NCBI GenBank assembly: GCA_011109175.1
Contig: RDEW01000034.1
Location: forward strand, 212,504 to 276,503
Length of the DNA: 64,000 bases
Direction of reading: 5' to 3'
DNA from: Dicyema japonicum
Taxonomy: Eukaryota > Animalia > Dicyemida
Positions 51,300 to 63,170 of the stretch are shown one piece after another. The notes beneath the pieces are model-generated. The model saw only the letters and a list, made by a program, of their open reading frames with translations. It had not been told where the DNA came from and ran no database searches. Numbering within the stretch: position 1 is the stretch's first letter; each line of letters begins with the position of its first letter. The position numbers and the translations under genes are program-made.

Positions 51300-51970
51300 T
51301 TCAAAACATTAACTCGCGATCATGAGAGGTCCTTTTTTCACAAACTTCATTAGCAGACTTATTATAAAGTGGTCTGAAAAATGAAAATCTATTAAAATTA
51401 TTTTAAAAAACCAACCTGCTATATATGTCGATGACTGTTAAGATCCATTCGGTAAGGGATAACTCGTCTAGAAATAACATGTAATAAATATAATTTTTCT
51501 GCATTTCATATTGGGTTTACGAGGAGTATGCGAGCAAATTCCGGAACTTGCGTAGATACGAAGATTTGCATTTACGTGAAAACTTTTGGGAGGGAAAGTG
51601 AGAATTTAAACACAACTTTGAATGATTTTTCAAATAATATCATTCTTCACAGTAAAATATCGTAGTTGACATTCATATTCGATTTTGTTGACTCCTCCAT
51701 ATGAACATTCTTGTAGGGCTTTGTCAAGATCTCCATTACAGTTTCAGTATCAAGGGAAATGAGTAATTTAAGATCTGAATCTTTGAATCTGAGATACAAC
51801 CTTTTGATGATAACAAATGTACAATATTTTTCTTTAATTATACAAAAATTATGAATCTTCTTAAGTAGTTTATATTTTCCTTGTCTCGTAAGATGTTCAG
51901 GGAATTGCAAGACGTCTTTCAAAATTTCATATTCTGAACTATCTTTCACAAAACCTCTGCAAGAAACCAA
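51300..51970 (-). mobile_element. Probable DDE integrase relic (Ginger/gypsy-like zinc-binding region)
   Basis: ORF 51647-51970 followed across frameshifts by H..MEE....NY.I and IQSC elements of an HHCC integrase N-terminus. Confidence 0.4.
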
Positions 51971-52179
51971 TAAAAAAAAAAAATTTGAAACACGCTAGAT
52001 ATTTAGGGTTGCCACCATAAAAATAAAATTCTGATAATCAAAGATATTTGATTTGACCTTTTCAAAGTTAAAAAATGTAACTTGCCCATGCATAACCAGT
52101 CGGCCATGTGACATAGCTGGCCACTCGGACGGCCAGCAAAAGAAGTGTCTTACTTTATTGTACGAACAATTAATTAGGA

Positions 52180-52780
52180 AGACGTTAAACTATGCCTGAA
52201 GTTGGTCACTTGCATAGCACAAAAGTTGCAGCAGATTCAAAACTCAGCATTGAGATTCTAACTGGCTGTTTGAAATCATCTCTCGTTGGGTATTGCACTG
52301 GGAGTCGAAGATCTGAGTGACCACCTTGAAATGAGGAACTAACAATATCTCAGACAATCGCTTGACCTAAACCTCCCAACCTTTCCATTATTTGAGTTCA
52401 CAAATCGTAGACACATATGGGGAACATTTAATGATCTTCAAAGAACACTCCAGAAAATTCCACTTCGGGATAAAGACCAGACCTATACCGATGTAGACTT
52501 TGCGTCTACTCGTCTCATACAAACCATTGAAGAGAACAAGATTAGCACTTCAGAAATTCGTCCAAGGGCCGTCAGACTAGAACTTTCTCGTTTATGATGT
52601 GAACATCATCAGTTTATGGTTGGGAGATAAGATCAGGATCTTCTTGATTGCTCTGTGCCACATGAGCTAGACGTCAAGGTATGGTCTCTGAGAGCGTCCT
52701 CGCAACTTTATCAATACAGTTGAATTCTTTCGCAGCATTTACTAAACAAGAAATGCTGGATACTCTAACTCCATGGTTTG
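52180..52780 (+). mobile_element. APE-type LINE internal fragment
   Basis: DLSDH (APE C-terminal motif) followed by a W..F...LQKIPL linker. Confidence 0.45.
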
Positions 52781-53009
52781 ATAATCTATTTGATGTTTTT
52801 TTTAAATCCATCTATTATGAAACCACTTTATTCCCGTCTCTTTTTTACATATTTTACTAATTCCGACAACACACTAATAATATGAAGAATCATTGCATTA
52901 GACAAATATTCAAGACAACCACCGAGTAAATGAAATAAGTTGACATTAATTTTAGATTTTTTTGGGAAAAACAATTTATTAACATAAAGTAAAGTTGTTA
53001 TGACAGATC

Positions 53010-53440
53010 CTTATTATGACCTGCAGGCATTGAGCCCCATGGGCGGTACCTCTCATAATCGCTAGCCTAATGTTCTTAAAAAACCATCGCGCCATTCTGA
53101 TTCAATCTTCCGCTTCCATACAATCCGTCTGAGTAACCTGATAAAATCAGACGTGCTTGGGCCAATAACACCAGACGTCTCAACGGAGATCGGCTGGAAA
53201 AAGAACCGATCCACGATACCGTGGTACTTCCTACTTTTTATTTATTCGGCAGTGCTCGCTGCGAAACCCGGGTGTAACAATGACAAACAAATTACCATTG
53301 GAGAAAGTGTTCATGCACGTTGAATTCTAAGAAGCATGATTGTTACGTCATCCAGCCTCTTTGTCAACGCCGAAGGCTCCAGAAAGCAAGTAAACCTTGC
53401 GTCTTCATAGCTCACGTGACAGTCGCGTTTAAAGTGGTGT
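53010..53440 (-). mobile_element. CRE 3' end
   Basis: Minus-strand LEPSALTKRLDDVTI, TPGFAASTAE, FFQPISVETSGVIG, FFKNIRLAIMRGTA. Confidence 0.7.
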
Positions 53441-53810
53441 GACGAGAGAATCTCCGGAGCTTCGTCTGCATGACATTAAAAATGAAATCGTATCTTTTAA
53501 AAATATATATTATTACAGTTTATTACCATCAACTCCCATTTTTAAATTTTCCATATTATTGGAAAATATTTTAATTATTATTCAACCAAACTTTAATTAT
53601 TATTCAACCAAACTGCCAAGTGGCGCCAACTTTAGTTTGGTGCTATGTGACTACTTGAATTGAAGCTTTTTTGTTTTTTTTCCTTTTCTTCCTCTTTAGC
53701 TCCAAGAGATTGAATTGTTATCTCGTCATGTGGTTCATCATCTATGTGGCTTCAGATATAATCCTAAGTAATACAAAAAAGGGACATTAGTCAACAACCA
53801 TCGTGGTCAA

Positions 53811-53833
53811 AGAGCCACGGCTGCCGACCCCTG
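53811..53833 (-). mobile_element. hAT (Buster/Charlie/SPIN-type) terminal inverted repeat
   Basis: Reverse complement caggggtcggcagccgtggctct matches caggagtcggcaactgtggct at 62347; flank tcctaaag has the central TA typical of Buster target sites. Confidence 0.7.
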
Positions 53834-55065
53834 TCCTAAAGGATTACAAAAAAATAGATAAACCAACTTTTATGGAATGCTGATTGGGGATCTCACTTCT
53901 AATGAGAGGCAGAAGATCATGACTATCTGCACAATCGATGTCCATACAAGGGATGCTGTAGAGAAATTTTATTCAGCAAAAAAGTTCATATTGGGCACTA
54001 ACGAGTAGGTTGAGAATAGTCAAGTTTTCACGTGGCTGTGCCAACTCAGACACTGTGTGATGAAACCAAAAAGGACTGCTTCATTAAAATATGTGACGCC
54101 ATCTTCAGATATTCCCATGAATACTTGGTTGTACTCCCAGAATGGTTATAACTCTACTAACTGATCGGTTGCATCCTTTAATAGCTGAAACAACTAAGGA
54201 TTTGGAGAAGCTCATTGGAATTATGGCCTACATGTTCAACTGCTAGGAGAACATATGGATTGTAAGGTTCAAACTGTTTATGAATTAGTCCGCTGGTAAT
54301 ATTTACACATGACTGACTCAATCAGGGGTTGGAGATGCTTTGTTGTGTTTAATAGAAAATCGGTGTAAGTATTATCAGTTGTGGTGAGGTTGATAATATT
54401 CAGGACATTAAGATAAGAAAGATATTCATTTTATGTGAAACTGGGTACTACCAACTATTGAGATATTTCTAACTATGAATTCTGTTATGCCGGGGTACTG
54501 AACTCCCGGAAAACTCGAAGGCTTTATTCAGCCATATAGTTATCTGATTTTATGGCCATGTGTCATGTTGTCTCCGATTTTGAGATGAATTGTGAAATTG
54601 GTGAAGGCTTATCGGATGCGGAGTTTTGGCTCATTAGCTTAAAAATCTGTACAGTTTTGCAAGGAACTCATTTCCAAACAAGATCACTATAATTGGGACT
54701 TTGAGCCATCAAATAAGTCCTGGTTCTCTTAAAGAGCAGATTTACAACGACCGGAAGACCAGGTAGACTAAACATTAACATTTTAGGTTCTCATGAGAGC
54801 TTGAGGGACTTGAATATACCAAAGATAGTCACTGATATTTCCCATTTTTATTGGACTGATTAGAGATTTTTTCACTTCTATTGATGTCCACAGAAAAGGG
54901 AATTTAGAATTGTGAAGAACATTCGAAAGGCTACCCCTGACCTGAAATTACAACCTGAGGAAAACATTATATTAAAAGTTCATTTTGTCATAAATTGTAG
55001 GTCGTCCAATTGGTGGAACTGCTGGAGGTCTGTCACTCTGTTTTTATCAGTGGAAATGCAGGGGT
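53834..55065 (+). pseudogene. DNAH9: Axonemal outer-arm beta dynein heavy chain (DNAH9/11/17-like), linker-AAA1 fragment, decayed
   Basis: [93 protein letters not shown]; introns 53984-54008, 54267-54288, 54763-54786, 54978-55000; AAA1 P-loop deleted; exact paralogue uncertain. Confidence 0.85.
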
Positions 55066-55319
55066 TAGTAATAGCATGACTTTGCAGATGTTTTTAAAGA
55101 CACACAGGAATCTCAGATAGAAGGGACTCGCCGTGGATCTTAATCCTAAGGTCGTCAGGAACGATGAACTCTACGGAGTATTAAACCTGGCAACGAGGAA
55201 ATTATCTCAAGTATTCAAAATTATGGTTATTTTACGTGATGCTGTCTGGTTCTTGGTGAATAAAATTGTATTGGTGTGCATAATGCCTATCCCTGAAATC
55301 TACTGAGCATCAACAATCA

Positions 55320-56150
55320 ACTCCCTAAATCCACCGAGTATCATCCCTCAATATCTTCTGAGTCATGCCTCGTCCTTTGCAGGGAAGTTCCCCGTACCCT
55401 GCCACTGTTAACTCTCCTGCTAATTGTCCACCAGCCACGGATCCCGAAACAATTTTGCGCCTTCCGCACCGGGATTTGATCGAGATGGTCACGAAGAAGA
55501 GTCTCTCGCTGCCGCCATGAGGACCAACATTCGTTCTTTTATGGGAGGAACTCATATCCCCAGTTGCCCCACATCTACTAACCATACGCGGGAGACACAT
55601 AATCCGAACAAGGAAGTGAAAGTGCTCCGTCTCAAGAGAACTGTTCTTACGCAGTTAATCGAAGGTGGTACCCGCGCAGTCATCAGGGTATTTTTTTCAA
55701 GTGAACTTATAAAACCGACTCCCGGAGTCTACAACATTTTGCTGAACAAGCACTCTCTGCCACCCCACAGCCAACTCCAATTGCTCCTCCAGCCGAATTG
55801 AGTCCCCATGAATGCATCAACGATGAGGTTCTCCTCGCAATACGGAACAGTGGCGTGCTAGACCGAATGAGACCTGGCCATCTGAAAGATCTAAATCTTT
55901 GTCAGAATGTGACCAGGAACTTCGTCCTAAGAATTCAATTACCTACTTATGAACCGGATTCTGTCTGGAGTACTTCCTGAAGTTGTCCGCCATGTTCTGT
56001 TCTTTACCAACTTGATAGCCTTAAATAAGAAGGGCGAAGGAGTACGACCGGATGTGGTTGGGTTTATCTCCATAAGGCTGGCTGTTAAAATTGTTTCAGA
56101 CATTCTATTCCACTCGTCACACAAGATACTCCCTTTAGGATTCTGAGGTG
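55320..56150 (+). mobile_element. CRE N-terminal/RT-start remnant
   Basis: DRMRPGHLKDL, NLIALNKKGEGVRPDVVG (LIALxKKDGGxRPIAVG). Confidence 0.7.
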
Positions 56151-56299
56151 ATAAATTTAGCCGTCAGTTGCTGGATTGGAATTAAATTGCAGTAAATACG
56201 AAATCTACAATTGTGGACATATATAAAAGATGCATTAACATGCTTTGTCATCTTTCGCGAATTTACTAGCTGGAAGTATTTCCACGCCCTATAAAGTAT

Positions 56300-56900
56300 T
56301 TCCACCTAATATGGATATTCATCAACCAGACAAAAATATCCTTCACGAAGAAATTGAAAATCTCGGGGATCACCTCTGACATAAACATGTCCTATTTTCT
56401 CACTTAGAAGCATCTCCGGCAGCTGGTCGAGAAATCTAGGTATAATCAAATGTATTTTTGGTGGCACTAAGACTTTTTTTAAGGATTGAAATTTTTCTAC
56501 AAACAATTCATTGAGCCATTTGTAGCTATGCTTGTATGTCATGGGGAATCAACCTGTCATTGACGAATGAGCAAAAAATCATTGACATTTAGTTTTTGAC
56601 AGCCATTACTATTAATAATTTCGAGAAACTAGAAAAACTATTCGCCTAATCACTTGAAGACCTTATCCGACGAAATAAATTTGGCTTCCTGTGCAGGCAG
56701 GGCAACTCCCACAGTACACATCCATGACGTGTTTATGAGAAGGGTATACATCACCCCTCTCCGATTTCTATTCCCCAAATCATCTTGCACACAGTTAAGT
56801 TGCGTTGGGTCCTAGAAGGCGCACAAGGAGAAAATGAGAAATTTGATTGAGGCCTTCGAGATCTAGCGATTCTGTAACTCTCCATACCTTAAATAGCCGA
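56300..56900 (+). mobile_element. APE-type LINE post-RT remnant
   Basis: LGITSD.., FYKQFIEP; related to the minus-strand element at 57700-58100. Confidence 0.5.
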
Positions 56901-57349
56901 TTCATGATTGATAGATGAACTGCAAACCCCATTCAATAGTGACGGCTGTCGAGTAGTAGTAGTGTCAGCCAGTAATTTATGTAACTTACACCCTGATACA
57001 CTTTCGCTCTCGCATCTTGCAAGCGCCATAGGCGGAACCCTAAGTATTAATGTGTTTATGGGTAAGGCGGGAGTGCATTTAACTAGCCTCTAATGCTCAA
57101 TTCATTAATTTAATGATGGAAGATTATTCCTGGAAATGTCACCTAAAAAATTATTTGTGACACTCTTTACGTCTTACAGACAACAATATACAAGGAACCT
57201 AAGACTACGATTAATGATGTGACAATCCATTTTACAGCTACAGAAATCATTAATCCAAGGAAGAAATCCAAGTTAGAACATCTGCCTGTGCCGACCAAAT
57301 TCATTTTCCAAATAGTCCATTACAGGCCTTATCTTTAGAAAGAGGTAGC

Positions 57350-57450
57350 AAGTAGGTCCGTCCTCTGCCATTTTTATCACACGTCTTACTTCGCGGACAT
57401 CACTTCATTTTTAGGCAAAGAATTTTCATAATGGTAACCTTCACCAGTGG
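57350..57450. repeat. Unclassified ~100 bp repeat, copy 3
   Basis: Similar to 1448-1548 and 46381-46482. Confidence 0.55.
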
Positions 57451-57699
57451 AGTTGGTCAGGGAGAAGGCATGAAGGTCCTTTTCAACAACTATGTCGTGC
57501 TAGAAGGACTCCGGTTTACGAGAATTGACCTTTGTTAAAGAGTCCATCGGGTTAGACCTCACGGCAGTAAGATCCGATATCATCAGACGTTACTTTCAGC
57601 CAAGAGGGCCTAGTATCCTATTATTGTAGACAATCTTATTTTTATATAGATACTGGGATCAACAACAACAACACCAGAGATCACGATCACACAAACTAA

Positions 57700-59800
57700 C
57701 TAATCACGTGATACCAGCACGCTCTAGCAAATGCCTCATCTTGGCCCGATGCTTCTCCCTCGTCCCCGCACAAGCACGTATCGGTCGAGTGACTAGACCT
57801 TCGCAGTCACGACGGCGCGATCCGTGGTTCATTCTTATCAAGGCTTCAAGAGGCATTGGTGGCTGGAGTTCTCCAGAAATCTAGCGTTCAGTGACTTTGG
57901 AGGCTCTTCTTTCGGCTAGTTTCGATCTTCAAGACATTCGTCTAAGAGATGAGTGTACCCATATATCGCATTCATAAGAGATGCATGGTTCAATAAATTG
58001 TTTATATACAGTTCCCAAAACAGAATGCTTTCCGATCTTCTATAAGCCTGTGAGGCATTTCAGAACAATAGTTTTTTTTCGCATTTCGTAATTACGCTTT
58101 TAACATGGACAAGAATGACATATGCATGTCAAAAGTCACCCCAAAGATCCTTGGGATTTTCTATAAGGAATAGCTTCATTGTTTGCCTTTAGTTCGACCG
58201 TCCGTATTCCCAGTCTCTTGTCTGAAGTAAATAGGGTTGTGACAGACTTTTCACTGATAGTAGTTAGGCGATTCTTCGATAGCCATTTGTCAAGCCGGTC
58301 CAGATTTTCTTGCAATTTCAAAATGGCAATCTGGATGTCTGATCGCGTGAGGCAATGACGATGTCATCGGCATAAGTTAGAATAATATTATTTTTGGAGT
58401 CTGGAGTGAAAGTCCGCCATGAATAGGTTGAATAAAACTGAAGACAAAGGGAATCCTTGGGGAATTCCGTTAGGGAGAAGCCGTGAAGTAGACCTTGACT
58501 GGCCAATGCAGACGCGTCCCCTCCGATTACTAAGGAAGTTAGCTAGCCAGAGTTTGAGCTTTCCAGGGATCTTAGGTAAATTTTCCAAGTAAGAATCCGC
58601 CTTGACAGAGAGTCGAAAGCCTTGTGGATGTCTATGGAGCAAAGTATAATCTTCATGTGTCCCGGTCTGTGCGAGAAACCATATCGTAAAATTAGTCAAT
58701 GCAGATAAGTGGGTCGAAGTAGACCTTTCCTTTTTAAAACCATGTTGAAATGACAAATCCAGAGGAAATTGATTTTCGCAAGAACCAGCCTTTCCAGAAT
58801 TTTCGACACCGAGCACAATAACGCGAGCGGTCTGTATGAAGCTGGGTCCTTCTTCATTTTACCGGGTTTCTAAATTGGACGTAAGTGGGCCAACTTCCAT
58901 AATGCTGGAATACAATTTTTGTTAATGGAGTGATTGAATATCTTCGTTAATGCAGCGATTCCATAGTCTCCAGATTCTTTAGGAGGATCATTGGGATCTC
59001 ATCCAGTCCGTTAGAATAGGCTGTTTTAATGGCTTTCAATGTATATCTCACGTCGTTTTCAGTGAAGTGAATCGTTTCCGGTTACTTTTTCGGTTTACTG
59101 AGATGTTTCGGGGTACATCCGACTTCTTATGGTCTTTATGGGATATTTTCACATAGTATTTTATTAGGTTGTTTAAGTCCTTTTGGCTATGGTTCACATC
59201 GGACGATCTTTCATCCCTCTCGAGGCGTCTCGGATGGTCTTCCAAATTACAGTAGTGGGTCTATTTCTATTCAACGAGGACAACACATGCTTCCATCTTG
59301 ATATTTGTGCTCTTGCCTCCTGTTTTTTAGTTCATTGTTCAAAGCCTTCAAGTCTAGATTTATCCTCAGAAGTTAATCGGTCAGACTTTTTGAGTTTGTT
59401 TCTTTCCTTGGTTAATGTCGACCTGCCATATCCCCTGGTGTATTTTAGGTGGTGTTTAGGTACAGATAGTGATCTCGCGTCCAAGATAGTGCGGTTTACA
59501 TAAGCGACTACTTTGTCCATGGAAGTAATACCATCCAGGTGCTGCAGTAGATTGTCAGTAAGTGTACGGTAATGTGTCCAATCTGCCCGTTTATCTTGCC
59601 TCTTACTCCATTGATATTCAGTTGAAGAACCGTGGTCCGTTTCTTGCGGTTGACTAAGGGTTCCTTTCGGGTAGATGAGGATGATAGAGCATGCCGCCGG
59701 GAAACAGTTTCCTCGGAGGTGGATGTCTAATGGTGCTCTTTGGAAGAGCATTAGGTGCTCTCTGGGAGTTACCAAAATTTACAGAATCGGTGAACCACAT
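57700..59800 (-). mobile_element. I/jockey-group-like LINE ORF2 (APE end + RT), frameshifted
   Basis: QHGFKKERSTSTHL, WLANFLSNRRGRV, GIPQGFPLSSVLFNLFM, TYADDI, LQENLDRLDKWL. Confidence 0.8.
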
Positions 59801-59922
59801 AACGCCACTCTACTGAAAAACTTAATAAATTTGACTTTTTGGAGTTATTTAATGTTATTTATTTTATATATTTAAATAAAATTTAGTGTTAACTTTTTAA
59901 ATTAAAATTAGTTTTATTGTCA

Positions 59923-61388
59923 TTAAATGCTTTCTATCGTTTCTTTAATGATTAAAATAGCTTCCAATAATTGCTCCTCTGTAATAGTCAATGCCGGTGT
60001 AAATCTAATTTTATCCACGTGGGTCGTTTTTGTGAGAATTCCATTTATCATTAATTTCCTGCAAATTTCATCTGCGTTGTATTCTATGAATTAAGCGGAC
60101 ATTTCGACTTTCATCGATCACGATTCCATTAAGAAGACCTTTGCCACGGACAGTTTTTATATATTTTGGGTCGATCTTGTTCATTTCCCGTCTAAAATTT
60201 GTCCGAGGTATTCAGCTTTCTCAGCGAGGTTTTCTTCTTCGATGACCTAACAAAAATAGTGATCACATCTACCTTCAAAGCTTCTAAGGAAACTTTACAT
60301 GCTAAAGGATTCCCCCCAAATGTGGATCCATGAGTCCCGGGTTTCAAGGTCAGCATTATTTCGTCATCGGCTAGAACACACGATACCTATTTGAAGGTTA
60401 TAGACGAGGAAATTACTGGTAAAAATCCACCAGCCAGGGATTTCCCCAAAATGAGAATATCTGGTCTCACTTTCTCATGGTCAACGCAGATTCGCCAAAA
60501 TTTTGTCAAATTCAAAATACTTGCCAGTTCTCCCAAGTCCAGTTTGGACTTCGTCCGCGATAAATAAGACGTTGTTCCTTTTCGTTATTTCCCGTACTCC
60601 TTTGAGATACCCTACTCGAGGGAGTCACGATTCCAGCTTCTCCCTGAATAGGCTCAACCATAAATGCGCACACATATGGATCTCTGCAAGCTCTCTACCA
60701 AATAAAATGTCCCCGAGTACTTCTAAGCTTTCCAAGTCGTCGTAGGGGATCATAACATTTCCAGGTATATAAGGACCGAACTCTTCATAGCACACAGGAT
60801 CGCTAGATGAAGATAAAGCTGCTAAGGTCCTCCCCCAAAAATTATTTAAAGTGAAAATTATTTTGGCTTTATCCTTCGGTATTTTTTTGATTTGATACCC
60901 CCATTTTTTAGCCAATTTGCAAGCGGTTTCTCCTCCCTCACTTCCTGGATAATGATTTGGGTCAAATACCTGAATTCATAGGCAAAACCTTGTCATAACC
61001 AAACAAGTTGGTTATGTATTCCGAATATTCTGAATAAATGTTGTTATGAAAGGCACGAGATGTGAGAGTGAGAGTATTCGCTTGCTCAGTTATCGCCTTC
61101 ACCAACCGAGGGTGGCAGTGTCCTTGATTCATGGCGCCGTATCCACACAGGAAGTCGTAATATTGCTTCCCAAACGTGTCCCATACATAAGGCCCTGCAG
61201 TGATAATTGGAGAGGACCTTTTCCCTCCTTAATTACTACTCGTTGTGGAGCATAATTGTGAGCAATATATTTATCTACCATTTGAATCAGATGTGTGTCC
61301 TCTTTGTAGATTATTCCGTTTCTCACAGAAGAGACTGTTTGAAACGAATTAATTTACCCTTTTTCGAAAATTTCCTTAAAAAACACAT
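59923..61388 (-). CDS. OAT: Ornithine aminotransferase, mitochondrial; 9 exons; three single-base lesions in this sequence
   Basis: Spliced translation [119 protein letters not shown]..stop. Introns 61335-61357, 61195-61217, 60945-60969, 60695-60720, 60496-60520, 60387-60416, 60247-60272, 60084-60108. Lesions: +1 near 60620, -1 near 60195, intron 5 acceptor reads TG. Confidence 0.92.
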
Positions 61389-61479
61389 TTGCTTCAGCTC
61401 GGATAATAAAACCAACATAATTTGCTTTAAATAGGCCGAACCGAGAATGTGTCTATTAAATAATATATCCATAACTTTC

Positions 61480-61870
61480 CTAGAATTAATTGTTTTTACA
61501 CAGAAATTGTGATATTTATACGAAATCCAGTTTCCGTGGTCGCAGAAGCAGGCATCTTCCAATATTAAACAAAAATCCATCTAGAATCGGCAAAAGGGAG
61601 TTAAACATCAAGGAATCTCTTCAATTGAGTGGCGGAAAACAAATGATCGTTTTACACTGGGAGTATCTGAGACTGGTGGATCCCATAACACCACTCTAGT
61701 AGAATGAGGGGAGATATGGAACTGAGCATACACAAGCACGTTACGGAGGTATAACCGGATCCATGTAGTTGAACAGGAACGCTCCTCGGTTTACGGATTA
61801 GAGATTCCAGAGGCACTGGAGAGAAAACCTTCCTAGAAGTCAATCTCCCTTAAACTCTGAATTCCCTTTT
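61480..61870 (+). mobile_element. CR1-like LINE 3' coding remnant
   Basis: RMRGDM (RRLRGDMI-like) and neighbouring weak motifs. Confidence 0.4.
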
Positions 61871-61989
61871 CTGGTTAGCTTTAGTCTCCACAAAAATGCC
61901 CAATGGACCCTATGAGGCGTATGTGTATGGAATGCATAGTTATATGTACGACTTGTCGACGGTCTAAGTATATATGTGTTTTGGCCTAC

Positions 61990-62260
61990 ACCCCTCTCTG
62001 CAGGAAGAGTGCAGCAGATCTGCCAGATATATGGCTTTGAACGAAGTCGTTAGGTGAGCTTTGGACGCCGCTGGACACCTTCCATGCTCGAACCAGTCGA
62101 TCTTTGCAGCCGTGACGGATAACGACCAGATGGGATGACCATCTTCCCCTTTGAAGCCAGGAAACCTCTTGTCTGTGACGTCTTCCCTTTGCAACCTATC
62201 CAGAGCCTGTTCTGCCGTTGAGAAAGCCGAGAGGTTGAAACGGGAAATATACGCGGTCCT
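61990..62260 (+). mobile_element. CRE RLE remnant
   Basis: MLEPVDL..RPDGMTIFPFEARKPLVCDV. Confidence 0.7.
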
Positions 62261-62346
62261 ACCCAAGGATTTTTTATTGGTCCATTCGTCGTTGAAACGT
62301 CTGGTTCCCTTGGCCTGCGACACTGGAATTCTTGAGTCTTCTAGGG

Positions 62347-63170
62347 CAGGAGTCGGCAACTGTGGCTTGAGTTTTTTATGTGACTCTTATTGAAATTGAT
62401 TACTTACATCCCATTAAAAACATTCTCAAGATAGTGTTCTTCTTCCAAAATGTTTTTTATTTATTTAAATTATTACATATTTTTGAATATTTTTATTGAA
62501 GAAATTTTACTCGCTTAATCACAAATTATGTTTGACTCTTCAGTAAAGTGTTTAATTAAAAAAATAAGTAAAAAACGGATAGAAAACATCTTTATAAACT
62601 TCAATGGACTGAGATTTTTTGCCATCATATCAGATGACTTTCCATAATGTCTTTTTTGCCACGGAAAATTCAACCAGAAGAAAAAGTCAAATCTGGAGAG
62701 ACACTAATTCAAAGCACGGTAATTTTTCAAGAAAATATCCAATGTTAAAATTGAAACTTCAACATTTAATTATTGGAAACAGTCTGCCAGGACTTATAAT
62801 ATCGGAAGCTTCATCGTCAGTCATGAGATTGCAAAATTTAGAATATCATTCGCGGATGGTGAATACATCAAATCTTGTTTTCTAAAATAGTCACAACAAT
62901 TATTTCAAAATTGTACGAATAAAACAGATTTTAAATCAAATTAAAAAATACATAGTTATCTGCAAAACAATTGCGAATTGTCTTAATAAGATATCATGTG
63001 GCGAGTCAAATTACTGATGTTAATTTGTAATCTTGTCTTAAGTTCAAAATGACAAGTCACAAGCCAGACATAACATTATTGGCGAAGGAAATGCAGGGTC
63101 AATTATCTCATTAATTTGATTAAATATAATTGTCAACGTCCGTATGTGGAACTCAACAAAAACCAATCAA
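62347..63170 (+). mobile_element. SPIN/Charlie (Buster) hAT transposon: left TIR + decayed transposase
   Basis: TIR caggagtcggcaac preceded by ttctaggg; CLFCH..KKSNLERH zinc finger; ASFIVSHEIAK..FADGEYIKSCFL; no right TIR found. Confidence 0.8.

Noticed and set aside
52005-52015. tagggttgcca as a hAT TIR of a complete MITE
   Set aside because: No matching inverted partner or 8-bp TSD found in the window
14100-55065. Alternative genetic code (stop reassignment) to explain the in-frame stops
   Set aside because: OAT ends in TAA and MCAT in TGA at the homologous C-termini; stops in the relics co-occur with frameshifts and deletions
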